Source: Lama glama
Lineage: Eukaryota
Reading direction: 5' to 3'
Length of the DNA: 64,000 nt
Assembly (NCBI GenBank): GCA_028534125.1
Contig: CM052817.1
Span: 69,380,001-69,444,000, forward strand
Positions 1 to 14,516 of the stretch are shown here, in pieces (position 1 is the first letter of the stretch; every line of letters starts with the position of its first letter). Under the pieces are notes generated by a model. It did not search any database and was not told the DNA's origin. It was given only the letters and a program-made list of their open reading frames with translations. Position numbers and translations under genes: made by a program.

Positions 1-4
1 TTAC

Positions 5-3000
5 TCTGTTTCAACTTCAGTCTGTTGAATGCTTCTCTGAAAGAGGGATCTAGGATTTCATCAAATGAAAGAGAATTAGGTGATAACAGGGATCCAGCCA
101 GCACTCTTCTTCCAGTGGAATATTGTTCTATGACAGAGCCAAGGCAAAGGAGTTCTGAGAGTCCTCCAGGGGAAACGGGGCTGAAAAGCTCCCGTGTGAG
201 CTGTGCGTGAGTCTAACCAAAGGCTGCAGTAGAGAATCCTCCAGGAAACCACAATTACTAGGGATAACAAAGTAAAGTAAAAGGCAGGGTGATTAGATGA
301 GCAGATCCCTAATACTGAGAATGACGCAGACAGCTGTCATTTCCCTTGCTCACTTCATCTAAGATGCTGATTCTTTTACCATGACTGGGTGCTGATGCCC
401 CGAAATATAACCACACAAACTTTTTTTGTCCTCCCACATATCTTCTTTTTCAGGACTTTTGAATTAGGTGCACAATTTTAAAATACTTCTTGGAAATATA
501 CTTTCAAATTATTATACTTTAAATAAATTTCAGTTTGATTAAGTGATCATGAATTTTTATTACTGGTACTCTGCTGACATAAATATTTTAGAGGAATAAG
601 GTTTATAGGATCCTTCTTCAATAATATGAATTACCTTAGGGTTCATACAGAAGATTCTTGTATTCTAATTAAATATGAACTTGTGGTACAAACTCTCATT
701 CCCTTATATAAACTTATTCCTGAATATCCAGATTCACCTGTACAAAGCCCATCACAGAGGCTACCATGAAAACAGATATTTACCCTAAGCCAGACACTGT
801 ACCATGCATGAGCTCTAGACGTTTGCTGAATTCAAAGAACTCACTGATATATAAGTATATTCAAACCCATATCAGTGTAACACATTTATTACCAGCTTCA
901 ATATCAGAAGGCACAATGCTGCACTCTATAATGGATACAAAAATGCATCAGAAGTAATACTTGTCCTCAAGGAATTTACAGCCTAGTAAAACCAAAAGGA
1001 CTTTATATAAAATATAGTATGTTTTATTCCCTGGAGTATTATAAACAGTATAAGAGTTCAAATATAAAACTTTGTGATGTAAAATGAGAAACTAATCCTA
1101 TGGTGGAAAAAATGATAAAGCTAAAAAAAAAAAAGTAGAGTGCCTTGGAAAACTTGCAACGACGTCAAAATTCTCTGCAGTTGTGAATTTGTTTTGTTCT
1201 CTGGAAGACTGCTTGAGCCGCAGCACTATTTGGCTTTGTACATTTGACTTTCCCTTTGCCCCTATGGCTTCAGCTGTTTCTGTCTCTAGGCTTTAATGAC
1301 ATGTTAAGGCCTGAAGAACAGACTGGAGATTGGTCCAATTCACTTCAGGCTCACAGTCCACATTGACTTGTCCTGTCCTGTCTTCCTCGTTAGTCATAGA
1401 AAGCACTTACCTAAGTTCAATGTGTTTTAGGGCTAAAGAGGCACAGAGTCTGCACCAAGGGATGGGGTTAGATGCAGGGACAGAACAAGATTTTCTGTTT
1501 TGTTTTAACTACTACATGCCCAAAGGAATATTTATTTTTGCATTCTCCTCCTGTGAAAATTTTTCCTAAAGAAATACTCTGATAGTTTGGTGAAGAGATT
1601 TCAGAAATGCAGTTGAATCAAATGGAAAGTCCCTTAAACTTTATAGTGTAAAACAGCTAAAGAAAACATCATTCGAAAATGCCTATCTCGTAATGTGAAA
1701 GGAAATAAAATATTATAATAATTAACATGTATTACAGCAGGCAGTGTACTAACCACTGTTCACGTATTACTTTTCTCAATCCTTAAAACCACCCAGTGAA
1801 ACAGTTACTCTTATAATTACTATGTGCCAACAAAGAAACTGAGGCTTGGAAAAATTTAAGTAGCTTGGTGAATGTTATGGGAAGCTGGGATTTAAATCCA
1901 GATCTGTCTTATCTTAACCTTGTAAACATAACCACTGCTAATGGTTTAAAAATCCACGAATACTTTATGGTTAGTAAACTAGCAATTGGACTTAGGGAAT
2001 AGATATATCTGGACAATATTAGTGTACCAAAGAACATGATTGTTATTTCAAGACATAATGTGGACTCAATCACAAGCCATATTTTGCATGAATTGATCAA
2101 TCACTATGGAACAACTGACCCTGGAAATTACTTTAGTAAGGCTTTATATTAAATGTTTTCATACAATCGCCATGGAGAAATGTGGAAAATATCAGTGGCA
2201 GAAAATATGTTATCTGGAACACTTTAGGGATAAAGTCATTATTTGTTCCATTTAACTGCTATTGATTACATGTATATACTGGGAATAAAAATAATCCCAA
2301 AACATAGACACTCTGATTAATTTCTAACCCTGCAAGCACTTTGCCAATATAAACCTAAAAGTTCTCCAAAATGTGAAGAAAAACATCTTGCTGTTACTAC
2401 TTTGAATGGGCAATGTATAAATACCTGCTAATCCAACAGTTTGAGCTGCATTATGAAGAAATATCTAACTTAAGGTAGAACATTAATATTAAAAGGGCAC
2501 TTAAATTACAATAAGAGTTACTGTTTACAAAAAAATATCTATAGTACGTTCCTTGAAAGAGAAGCTGGTGAAGCCCAGGAACCTGATCTTCAGCACTGAG
2601 GCTTGTCTAATTAATGCAAAACAGCATGTGCTTTCTTGCATCGCTCAAGTGTGATATTCAAAATATTTAGCAACTGATATGGCACAGACACCAACCAGGT
2701 GAAATAAAACCTGCAGAGGAGCAGGGTCCCTAGAGAGCCTTGCATTGCTCGGAGTCATTTAATGGCTGAATCTAAGGAAGGTGGAGGCGGGGGTTCTCCA
2801 TGGAGGGGCTGTGAGAGCTGGCTCCGCTGGGCCACCAAGCAGCCCCTTAGGGGGTCAGAGCCAGCTATTTGTAATTATTTAAATATTTTTACTACCAGTA
2901 TTTACACAATGGTGTATACCAACTAGATATTATCAGCTCAAGCTGTTTTAAAAAAGCAATATATATGGACCAATGAAGACATACTTAACATTGAGAAATT

Positions 3001-3599
3001 TGATACAATGTATACCAAAAAATTAAAAAGTTTTATTATAAGGGTACAATTCTAACGTCCTTATTTGCCAATTTTTCTACTTGCCACTGGTCTACCAACC
3101 CAATAGCCTACCAAAGCAGAAAATGCCATTTCCCTAACAGGAAGCCAGGAACAAACTGACAGGCCCCTCAGATACTTCTCTGTAAATAAACAGTGAGTAA
3201 ATGGGGCATAAATAATTAATGCTACAAGGCCATTTGAAGATACCCAAGAGCTAAGAATGGAAACTTGGAATCATGGCCTTCCAGCCTATGATTTACAGAG
3301 CAAATCCCAGGAATGTGTGGACATATTTTTCTCTACTTACATATTTCTACTAATTGTCCAGGATTCTGTTCACCCCATCTCTGTTCTTTTATACTTTGGA
3401 GGAACACTAAGTCTGTTTTCTTCCCCTTCTACCTCACCTGCTAACCAGTGATACCTCACAAAAGCTCAGAATTTCTTGTGGTTTGTCCCCAGTCCTGTAC
3501 TCTTGGGAGAAAAGAAATATACGTGAGGGACGCCAGGGTCTATGTTCTCACTTTCCACTTGCCAATCATGGCCACGTACGTCCCTGAGTGAAGAGGGAC
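5..3599 (-). pseudogene. Cluster of candidate exons 3599-3552, 3501-3438, 2710-2583, 1432-1411, 1310-1144, 257-5
   Basis: Pyrimidine-rich acceptors. Donors include CAG|GTGAGG (3437) and TAG|GTAAGT (1410); others are weak. 1310-1144 reads ALTCH*SLETETAEAIG...FDVVASFP. The 3551-3502 intron would be only 50 nt. Confidence 0.35.
1715..1940 (-). mobile_element. MIR
   Basis: Core aagaaactgaggcttgg...atttaaatccagatctgtct. Confidence 0.7.
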
Positions 3600-4939
3600 C
3601 TAACGAGGGAAGGATGCTGAGTTTCACGAATGTGCACTTGAAAAAAAATGTAAACCATGAACATGCTCATAACCCAGATGATGTTCACAGAAAAACACTG
3701 ACCTTTTCTCCTTCAGCTTACTCTTTCATTACTCAGGGGATAGAATAAATAGCACATTTCTTTCTTATCCTCTCATTCACTTCATGTCGTGGGGATTTGA
3801 GTTCTTTTCCTACCATTAGAGGCACCTGTGGATAATTTTAATTTTTTTTATTCTATGATGGATATATAGTAAAACAATAAATGGAGAAGATCCAAATGTG
3901 TTGCAAACAGTCATCTCAGACTCCTACCAACTGTGATGTTGTAAATCATTAGAATCAGTGACAGTTCTCAGGTTTCTTGGTGTGTTTTTTTGGAGATACA
4001 GAAACATTGATGATTAACAGCTGTGTTTATCACAATTGACAGCATACGCTAGCATTTCCACAGAACTTACATGAAACGACCATGCTACAGAGCTATTATA
4101 AATCACAAGAACAACCCTCACCCATGCTCACAGGCGCGCACGCACACACACGCGCACACACACACACCAGTAAACCACTTAAGTGCAGAGGGTCACAATT
4201 GTAAATTCAATCGAACTTATTTTTTGGCTACGGGTCAAAAGAGGAAAGGCAATCCAAACAAAATGTATTCAGACGGATCACATCCTCTTCCAAAATACTA
4301 AAACAATTAGGATTCTCTTCCCTCATTCCTGTGGGTGGTTCTCTGGTACCTTATCATGACCCAGTTATAATACCAGAGGGAGGAAGCAGTCAGGGAAAAC
4401 AAGGAGGTGATGAAAACTATAAAAAGGCTTTGTAGAATTACAAATACTTGGAATCATCTTAGGAGGGAGCAGGGTCAGGACACAAATCCTCCCAGATTTA
4501 AGAACCCTGTCTACTATAGAAATAGCTCTCTTCTGTTGTTACACAATGAGGACAACAGTGCCTCCCACATTGCAACTTAACTGCCTAAGTTCGCAATCAG
4601 CATAACATACAAATACTGCCCTTGGAGCTCTAGCAACATCTGGAGACTGGAAGATCTGCATTGACAGTGCCTGAACTGTTTTCAGTTTTGTTTTCCAAAT
4701 TCTCCACCATCTATGGACTTAACAAGTTACTGACATATTGTCAAAGTTACAAAAACAGAAGAAAAACAGCAACATTAATTGTTTCAAGGAGTTTTGAGGC
4801 CAGGACAGTTCTTGTCTGCTGGGAGAATATATGAGTGACCACGAGCTGCAATTCTGGACAGTTAACCTGGTCTGCAGCCTTGGCCAGGGAGCATGTAGCT
4901 GCTGCTGCCCAGACAGGATACAGGGACACTGTCACTCAC

Positions 4940-6994
4940 CAATCATTCCCTAGTTTACAGCACGTCTCATTGCAAGGATTTCCAAATCCTACCTTCCCTC
5001 CTGCTCCACCTGGTTATTCTGCACTGGGTTTTCTGCTATGTCTAACTCATTACCAGTTATCATGAACCTCTGTGTATGATTACCCTTTCTCCTGCTGTTG
5101 ACTAGCTAAATTAGCATGCACGTGGAATAGAGTCTTTGCTGAGTCTGCTGACAATCCTCTAGAAGAGAAATTCCATTTACAAGAGCTCACCGGGGACTTA
5201 ATCTGGCTCACATCATGGCATGGTTGCATGAAGAGATGTGTGCTTCCCCCGTCACAATTTCACTAGGCAAAGAGAGCTCCTTACTGAGACTTCAACACCT
5301 CTGGTTGGGGGTTGGACGGTCAAACTGTGAAGGAGTGTATCTTGCTGAAGCGGAAATTATCTTCCAGTAGTCATCTCTCCTTCCAAGTTACCTGTTTCCT
5401 GATACCCACTCACTAGGCCAAATAAACATGATTGAAGTACAACTGTAAAGAGGAGCTAACTTCAAATATGCGGTGGAGAGTGAGGCACTGATGTGCTCTT
5501 CAGGGTTAGAGACCATGCATCTGATCGGCCCCAGAACGTGGGCCGTGAGAGATGGGTATGGAAGTAGCAGTGCAATTTACTGTGTTAAGCAGACTGCTCT
5601 CCAAACTCCGCAATGGCCAATTTAGTCTAAACCACCATGTGAAGAGTGGATAATAAGAACAGGAAAGCTGGGACTTCCAGTGGAACAAATCTCTGTAAAA
5701 TAGTCATAGCCTTAGGAAACCGTAAAAAGCAAAGCCACTTCACCATGTTATTTATTCTGTACTAACATCTTCCAGATAAAAGGACAGAGTGAAGGCGGAA
5801 AGGGAGAAACAAAGACAGTAGAGCCACTTGGCCAAAATGTTTAAAGGCTCTTTTGATTTAAAGACCTATGAGTCCCTTGCAAAGCCTCACTTTGAACCCT
5901 TGCCATCTTTGGGCTCTCCTTGCCACTCACCTAAAAACTCATAAGTATTGTTTTGCTATATGCCATTTCTTGCACAAATTACAGAAAAAAAACTATCTGT
6001 TTTAATGACTAAAGAGTTTGGTATTTCGCACACTGAATAATATCTTAAGGGAATATATGTAGTAACCAGTATTTTCAATGAGCGGAAAACCATTTTGACC
6101 AGAACAATGGTCATTTGTAGAAATGACTACTCCCATAGTAGGCAGAGCATGCTAAATCTAATGTGCTTTCACATTTGTTTTAGTGTCAGGATTTTTCCTG
6201 GAGAGTTTTATTTTTTGAAGGATTTCTTATTTAAGTCCAAACAATAAAGTGACCTTATACCATGTAAGGTCTATGAGGACAGGGATACTTTGGCCCCCGC
6301 ACAGTCCATGGCACAAAACTACAGTATACAAATTCAAAGAAATGAGAAAAAAGCAGCCCCAAATAAAGTAAAACCTTACACGGTATATTGTTTCATTTCT
6401 TCTCAAGCTTCAAACTAACCCTTTCATTGCAGGACTTTTTAATTCCCAGTCACTAATTCAAACCAAGTGGCAGAAACAGTACAGTCATTTTCTCCATTCG
6501 TTATGAACCCACTTAAAATTCAATTAAATGTAAATGGGGAAAGAGTGTGGCAGAGACTACAGGTTCTCAGTGTGACCTTTTCAACTCACCTGGCTTTAAT
6601 CCTGGTATTATTAGAACGACTTAATGCAAGGATGCATTGACTGAATGACTTATTCCAAAACTCAGCCAACTAAAGGACTGAAAACTCAATTTGTATAGTA
6701 TTGTGTTTTTTGTTAGTTAGTTTGTTTTTCTTTTTTTTCCTTTCCTTTTCTGGATCTGGGCATAGGAGGTGGATTCAGAAATATCCGTCCGCAAACATTT
6801 GTGATTTACCTCACTGAGGGATTAAGACAATTCAAATGGCAAATTCTGGCTGTTGGTTACAATATGGAGATAGTGGAGGGGGCAACTTCTGAGGTCAACA
6901 AGGACTCTTTCATCTCTAGTATTTGCTATTCACATTCCTCAGCTTCTCTTGGCTTCCTAGCTGTCTGTCTAAGACAAGACTTTCCAACCCCAGA
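4940..6994 (-). pseudogene. Cluster of candidate exons 6994-6810, 5692-5581, 5442-5285, 5158-4940
   Basis: Each has an AG acceptor and a donor (GAG|GTAAAT, ACA|GTAAAT, TCA|GTAAGG, TTG|GTGAGT). 5692-5581 is stop-free (DLFHWKSQLSC...SLLNT); the others have 2-4 stops. Confidence 0.4.
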
Positions 6995-7131
6995 CTAGCA
7001 CAGAATGTAGACTGAATTTTCCAGAATGTTGATTGCAGTTCATTCCCAAGAGCTCCAAAAAAAGTACCTTAGGGAGACGAAAAATGTAACTTGGACATTA
7101 CCTGAATGACATCAGCTTACTTTTTTCTTAC

Positions 7132-7429
7132 TCCCTAAAAGCATTCTGCCAGAAACTTTAGGTAACATTGTCTGAGGATGCTGTTCCTTGTACCCCTCCC
7201 GAGACAGCCATGCCAAGCGGCCTCTGTGAATCAACACAGAGAAGGACCTGAAGAATGGCTTTAAACAGCCTTCTGTTGGCATGGGCAGCAGGGTGGCAGG
7301 AATGAGTAATGTAACAATCGAACGGGCAGATAATTTCTTCAACCATCTGTTCTGCATGTGTTCAGCAGATTATTGCTATCTTGGACCTTACAGATTGTGC
7401 AGAAGATATTCTCCAGAGAAAGAATGGGT
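7132..7429 (-). pseudogene. Candidate exon (298 nt); reading frame ambiguous
   Basis: Acceptor tctctgtcctgactcattttag. Donors GGA|GTAAGA (7131) or AAA|GTAAGC (7120). Overlapping ORFs 7112..7357, 7158..7346 and 7339..7542 suggest frameshifted coding sequence. Confidence 0.5.
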
Positions 7430-7801
7430 CTAAAATGAGTCAGGACAGAGATCAGTCTTAGTATAAGAGACAATAGATAGATAATTGTCTGTCTTGTCAT
7501 GTTGTAAAAATCAGCTATTTTGTAACTGAGCACTCTGAGCATGCTGTTTGAGGTTCGCAGTTATTGATTTGGATTTGTTGCTCTACGACTCTTACCTCAT
7601 GCCACATCAAGTTTAAGAAAATAAAGACTTTTGTTTAAGTCTTCAATTTAAGTGTTTACTGAGATTATTCATTCTTTTTGTAGTAAGAACTGGACTTTTA
7701 TTTCTTTTGCTCCTACAATAAGTGAGATTTTTAGTAGTTCAACAAACATGTATCCTTACCTTCTTGGTCCTGCTTCAAAAAAAAAAAAGATATGCACTCA
7801 T

Positions 7802-7825
7802 CACACACACACACACACACACACA
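7802..7825 (+). repeat. (CA)n microsatellite
   Basis: Direct observation. Confidence 0.9.
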
Positions 7826-8939
7826 AAACGCACTACAAATGAGACCCAGTACTGGCTACTTCTTCAAGGTGCCAGGATATCTGACCTCTCTTCTTTCATC
7901 ATGGACTTGGCTCTCCCAGATAAAAGGAAGATAAAATGTATTAATCAAAGAGCAAAGATACAGGAAAGACTCCACTAAAAGTGGGGTGAAAAGTGATGAC
8001 TGAATGCTAACTCCAGAGAGACACCACAGACTTCAAACGATCTCCGGGAGAAGATAAAAATCGAGTTTTTGAAGAAATCAATTCTTCATTCCAGAAGGAT
8101 TTTCAGAAAAAGACACAGGGAAGTAGCAGTAAACATAACATTCAGAATTGTTTCTACATCTTCTTGTATGAAAGCTGTATAAATTCAGAAGAATATGAAA
8201 ACTTAGAGTATCAGCACATGTTTGTAGAATGACAGGATTAAGGACAAGAGAAAATGAAACGAATGAAACTGTCGACAGTGACTTCCGGCGGAAGACAGGC
8301 TTTGAGCCAGATTCTGAAGGCTTTCAAGTGCATCAACTGGCAACATGGGATGGGCAGGAAGAGGACACAGACTGGGAGATGCCTCCCACAGTCCTCTGTG
8401 CTTCCCATCGTCACATTCATCACACTTAATTCAAGTTGTTTAAAATCTGGCCACCTGTAAAACCGTAAACTCCATGAAGTCAGACACAATGACTAAGCCA
8501 CTTAATCTGATAGCTCTACTTAGCAGAATACCTCAGGTAATGTGAGCTGAATGCACGGGGTATAAAGGTTTCTTCTGGTATAAAAGCCCTAAGCACAGCA
8601 ACTATGTAAGGCTTTTTCATGGCTGGTTTTCTGTCCTCTTGGCCACATTTAATTATAACCTCCTTCTCCACCATCACAAGACCAAGCAATGGGACCGAGT
8701 CTCTAACTCTGAATGATTTGGCCCCTAGACCTAAGGCTAAAGCCATCTTATCTAATGAATGTTGATTTCTTCCAACTACTAAGCTATTTAGCTTGGCACT
8801 TAAAAGATTTCATCTGTTACCCCTGCCTTATCTAAAGTATTCATCTATCTCCTTTTCCCAAAATGGTCCACTTGCTTCCATTTTATTCCCATAAACGTTT
8901 GCTAATAATGATGGTGATGAAAGTGAAGATTATAATGAT

Positions 8940-9160
8940 ATCCAGGCACTTGTCTAAGTATTTTATGCATATTACCTTATTTAATCCTCACAACAATGCT
9001 GTGAAGTAAGCAGTGTTATTATCCTCAGATTAAGGTAAGGAAACTGAGACATAAAAAGGTTTGAGTAATCTGCCCATGTGCATTGCTAGAAGAAGTGAGC
9101 ACCACTTGGGTTTGAACCTGAGTATCCTGGCTCCAAAGTTTATGCTCTTCAGCACTATGG
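8940..9160 (-). mobile_element. MIR
   Basis: atttaatcctcacaacaat...aggaaactgagac...gggtttgaacctgag. Confidence 0.8.
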
Positions 9161-10344
9161 TCTATCTCTCTCCCCTGGACACCTTAATGAGCATCTACTA
9201 CATGCACAGTACTCTGTCATTTGCCAAGGGGATATAACATCAGGTAGAAAATAGACCTTGCCATTAAGATGTTTACTATGAGAAAAGACTTGAATATTAT
9301 AAGCAAAACACACTGCAGAAATCGATGAATAAGTTTTAACATAATAATAAGGATCAGAACCAAGACTATCACTTGTAACTGTTTCAGAAACTTTCTCACT
9401 CATAGTAAACAGGAATTAGAATTTGATGAAGGTTTGTGACACATACAATGGAAAACATGCCCAAACCCTACGCTTCCTTCAAGGCCATTTCAAGACTTTC
9501 TCTTCTGGCAAGTTACCAGTGACCAACCTCACTCCCACCATAGTCTTTCTATTATTCTGAATTTTCTGAGTATTCAAAGCTTCAGACTAACCTCCCACCA
9601 CCATTAACCTAATCAAATAATGCCTTAGAATTATATTTTAGATGGTTACTATATGAAACTTATATCACTCTAAAAATTACAGAAACAATGACAATAAAAT
9701 CATCTCTCAAAATTCCTACAATCCTCAGTACAGTGCAGAGCAGGCACGTGCACCCACTGAATAAATGGTGAACAACAAATGAACAGATGGACAATGGGTG
9801 CTCGTTTCTATCTTGATTTCTCAGTAAATGACATGGAACTTAAGGAGCAAGGGAGAGAGAGAAAACCCATGATAAAAAGCACGTTGGGCTCAGCATTAAT
9901 AAAATGTTTAATCAGATAGATCTGATGCCCCAAAATGAAGACCAGGAGCATAGGCAATTAGCACAATCTTGGCAGCAGGAAAAAGTAAAAACAAACAAAC
10001 AAAAACCACTCCCATTCTCTTACACACTTACGTACTTGGAAGCAAGAGTCAATTTACTGGCACCCAATGCAAGCGCTTTCTGGAAATGATTATTCACAAA
10101 TCCGCTTTTAGTCAAAGGTGTTAAAAAATGAGAGGAAGACCATCCAATTCTTAACTTTCTTTTTTTGTGATGAACTGTTAAAAAAGGATAGGAGTGGACA
10201 GGAAAGGAGGTGGAAAGGGAAAGAGACAGAAGAATAGACTACAGGAGACCAAATAAAAAGTTCAAAGTGGAAAGCACTGCAAAGTAACAATTCATCATTC
10301 CTGATTTCCTCCTGGGTGTTGACTAACTGGACTGCCATCATTAC

Positions 10345-10468
10345 CTGACGAGTGGCCAGCTCTGAAGAGCTCAGAGTATCCCTTTAAAGTCTTTAGACCT
10401 AGTCTCCAGTTCAAGGATACACAGCAAAGCCTCCACCTTTATGATATGTTTACAAGGTTCTACTAAAC
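10345..10468 (-). pseudogene. Candidate exon: GLVEPCKHIIKVEALLCILELETRSKDFKGIL*ALQSWPLV(R)
   Basis: Branch-like ctgac plus attttcaccag acceptor, donor CAG|GTAATG. One stop. Confidence 0.5.
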
Positions 10469-10819
10469 CTGGTGAAAATGTCAGCTGACTGACTGTTCAC
10501 TGCATCTTGGGAGCACATCAGGGGAGTTCAGAAGATACCACAGGCCAAAAGGAACTACACAAAAGACAGAAGTTGGAAGCTTATGAACTGTGCATTCTCT
10601 GAAGCCCTTTCTAAAACAGAAGGAAGTCGAGGGCATGCCTGTCTACTCTTTACCAATATCCACTTAACTATGCAGAGTCACCTTAAAAATCTAAGTATTT
10701 TCTAGAGAACAAGCACCTCTCTACTGTGAATGCTACTAAGAGCTGGGTCTCTGTTTAAGCAGATAAACCAAGCCCAGGCATTCGCAGACTCCTCATCATT
10801 CTCATCTCTGCAGAACAGA

Positions 10820-11780
10820 TCCCCTGGAACTTTCCACTTTTCTCTGAGGTTATTTGCCTCATCTCATTCTTCAAACTTCCCAGGAGCACCTTTGTAGCAG
10901 AGACTCCTAGTCAATGTATAGATTTTTTTTCCCTTGACCTGACCTGCAGACTCCAGGTGTTTATATTTAATCATCTATTAGACATTCATTTTTTTTCATG
11001 TGTATCTCAAACCTAACATAAATGAAAAAGAAATCTTGATTCTCATTGGCCCCTGGCAACTCATTTCTCTACAAACTTCTCCGGCTCAGTAAATGCCAGC
11101 AATGTTCACCAAACTGATCAAGGCCAGAGGCCCTGAGCTTTTCTTAATTTCCCTTTCTCGCACCTCTCTCACATCCTACTTGCCAGTTTTGTTGGCTTCA
11201 CTTCTAAATATACCCTGCTTTTTCTCTCTTTTCTCCATTTGCATGGCTACAACCCTAGTCTAAGCCACTGCTATGTCTCACTTGCACTACCACAAAAACT
11301 TCCTCCTCATCTCCCAGCTATTGTCGTATTGTTGAGCAAATCAGAACTATTTGCCTGGTTGCCAAAATAAGCCAAAGTAAGTTATTATATTTACTTGTAA
11401 AATCATTGTACATGCAATAATGTGATCTACCTCCAAGTGGAGCAAACAATAATTACGTGAAGACGATCATAATTATAATAAATGACCTACATTTTATCAA
11501 GTTTTACAATGATTTCATTATCCAAGTGAAAATCCACAGTTAATGGCTAAAAATGGAGCATATACCCTGCCAACACCAAGAAGCCACCATCACCTGCCAC
11601 TTGAGCTACCACAAGTCGCCTCCTAAGTGGTTTCCTCATTTCCACTTTTGCCTCCACCGAAGTCTGTTGTTCACAAAGCTATTAAAATGAACTTTTTAAG
11701 ACACAGATCTGAATATATGACTCCTGCATTTAAAATCCACTCCCCATTCTCTCCATCTTCTTTAAAATAATAGCCCCCAC
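10820..11780 (+). mobile_element. L2 fragments
   Basis: ctccag...atctcaaacctaacat...aaatcttgat and cagatctgaatatatgactcctgc...aaaatccac, L2 RT-region motifs. Confidence 0.65.
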
Positions 11781-12659
11781 CACCACAAGTGTTAGGAAGC
11801 ACAAGGCTGCTCAGCAAGAGAACTGATCTCTCTGCTTCCTTGGCATGAAGGAGATGAAGCCGTATGACCACATCTGGGCTAATGGAAATGAGCAGAACTG
11901 GTGTGGATACAGCCTCCAAGTGATCTCTACGATGCAAATGCACTTACCCTGGGTTCCCTCTTTCCTCCTTCCTGTGGGTTCAAAATCAGATACAATGGTG
12001 AGAATCTAGCAGGGATCTTAACTGTATCATTCTCTGTGGAAAAATTGTTTATAACACATAATAGTCACTCAAGTATTTTTAAATGAATCATAGAGGAACA
12101 GAGTGTAAGATAGCCATACATCCTCTTACACAGATAGTTGTTGGGTGTCTGCTAGTAAACAATATAGTATTACTGCTTAGAAGGGTTCCACAAACATCAG
12201 GAGAAAGGAAAAAGGCAGTGTATTGATGTTTAATGCCAAAAGGTCGTAACCGAGGTTCTAATAATTATGGAAAATACAAAAAGAAACAGCCAGGCACTTC
12301 ATGTCAATGAACCACGTCCAAAAGTCACACCAAGATGTGATGTGCACTCAAGGTCAAGAATAAAGCACAGTAGAGTCAGGAAGCTGCTATCAACTAGAAT
12401 CCATATTCAAAAGTCTACAAAATCAAAAAAGAAGGAAAGATTAAAGTAACAATAGGACATTATATACTCTTGGGCTCAAGTAATGTTCAGAGTAACAAAG
12501 TTAAGATAGAGAATATTATTTTGCTTAGATCTTTTGAAGATAAAGGGTAATGTATTTTCTCACCTAAGGAAAATGTTAGGAGAAAATTGTCAGATTTCAG
12601 ACAGAGCTGTACACAAATGTTAAGATTATGTCATTGGAGATCTATTGTTCTCTCTCTGG

Positions 12660-13250
12660 ATTTTTTTTTAACTTTTTATTTTGAACTAAATTTAGGCTGA
12701 TAGAAAACTTAGTGATTTAGACTTACAGAGAGCTCCTGTATGCCCTTTCCCTCTATTAACATCTTACATAACCATAGCACAATTATCAAAGCTTAGAGTT
12801 CAACCTCGGTACAATCTTGTTGACTAAATTACAGACCTTATTCAAATTTCACCAGTTTTTTTCACTAATGTCCTTTTTCTATTCCAGGATCCTACCAAGA
12901 TTCCACCTTGCATTAAGTTGTTATACCTCCTCAGCTTCCTCTGATCTGTAACAGTTCCTCGGTTTTCCAGGTCTCTCATGATGTTGACGTTTTTGAAGAT
13001 AATTGGCAAGTTACTTTGTAGTGTTTCTCAATTTGGGTTCTTCTGACTTTTGTCTCTTATCAAAGGATTAATAGTGTAATAATGTCTTATTACTTGTGAT
13101 GTTAATCTTGGTCAATTGAGTAAGGTGGTGTCAGCTGTGCTTCTCCATCGTGAAGTTACTGTCTTTCTCTTTGGAGGTAATAAATTTGTAGGAGATCAAT
13201 TGAGACTATGCAAGTTCTGTCTCCCACAAATTTTGTGCATTAATTTAAGT
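12660..13250 (-). mobile_element. Old L1 (L1MC-like) 3' end
   Basis: Poly-T start and L1M 3'UTR-like motifs (ttccaggatcc...ccttgcattaagttg). Subfamily from memory. Confidence 0.65.
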
Positions 13251-13423
13251 GAGATGCAAAATTTCAAGTAGAAAAAGAAATCCTCTTTTGGTAGTACACA
13301 TGAAAAATCATAATCTAAAATTTACTGAAAAAGGTGTGTATTGAGAAAACCATATTATACCAAAATAACGTTTAAAGATTATAATAGTATCTAACTATTG
13401 ATTTTGCTTCATATGCTATACAT

Positions 13424-13597
13424 CAGTGGTTCTTATTCTTTTCTAAGTCATGGAACCCCTGGAGAACCTGGTGAAAGGTAAGAGCCCACTCTCTCCCTTG
13501 AAAATTGCACATAGGCACATGCTGACAATTCTGGGAATTCACAAACCATCAAATCTCACCCTTAGATTCCTGAGGGGTCTCCAGGCTAAGTACCCCT
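13424..13597 (+). mobile_element. hAT-Charlie-type MITE remnant
   Basis: Ends cagtggttctt... / ...ggctaagtacccct, with an internal ggaacccctggagaacctggtgaaag motif. Confidence 0.5.
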
Positions 13598-14516
13598 TTC
13601 TTAATACCAAATAGTAACTGTAAGTCAATTGCTTTTCAAAGGTCCATTTATATGCCCTTCCTTGATAATGTCCTTTCCTCAGTTTGTTATGGTAGAAAAG
13701 AGTGAGGGAAGGAAGGGAGGAAGGAAGAAGGGAGGAGAGGAAGGAAGGAAGGAGGAAGGACAGATAGGGGGTGAGATCGAGAGAGGAAGAGCGGGAAAAA
13801 TAGTCATAATATTCCATGTTCCCATTATTTCTCTTGCCCAGAATAGAAAAAAAATCTACTAAAAATGACTTTTCTTAGTTTTTTTTTTCTAGATTGCTTT
13901 TTAAGTTGGATCTTGAGATGTACTAGAAACTATTCATTTTACCCCATTCAGCTTTTCTTTCCTCCTTCATCCCATTCACATAACATTCCCCATAATTTTT
14001 CCTCTCTGTACATTGCTCCCTCAAAGATTTCATGTTTTTTTCAAATATATGTTCACAAGAGTTATGTACTAGAAAAAGAAGTATATTCCTCCAATTAAAA
14101 GATACAAGGAAGCTAGGAAGCTTTGATATCTACTTTTAAAAACAAATTTTCACCAGGATCCTAAGGCCACTTTGACCACTTTTCTATATAGTGTTTAAAG
14201 GCCTAAAAATATCTAAGGGTCTTTTTTCTTTTTCAAAACTGTTCTCTTTTGATGCAATTGACCCTATCCCATGACATTTTTGCAGCAAATGTGCACTACG
14301 TATACTCAATGTCATGAAACTCCTTTCTGCTTCTCAGTATGTTAGGATGCTGACTCAAATGTATTTCATTTGAAAAACTGAAAGCAAATTTCATAGACGA
14401 TTTGCTTTGCACTGAGGAATTTGGGGAAATCAGTCAGAAGGACAATGGGCTTTTTTTCATGGAGCTGTTTTGGGGTAAGAATCATGCCTTTCCTAGAAGG
14501 ACTCTGCCACTCCCAC

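Noticed and set aside
6970..7140. P-loop-like G|SGVGKSCL across a candidate junction
   Set aside because: Spacing is GxxxGKS rather than GxxxxGK[ST], a stop precedes it, and the frame is uncertain.
11250..11640. Two similar segments about 320 bp apart
   Set aside because: Both are diverged L2 pieces covering the same consensus region; not a functional repeat.
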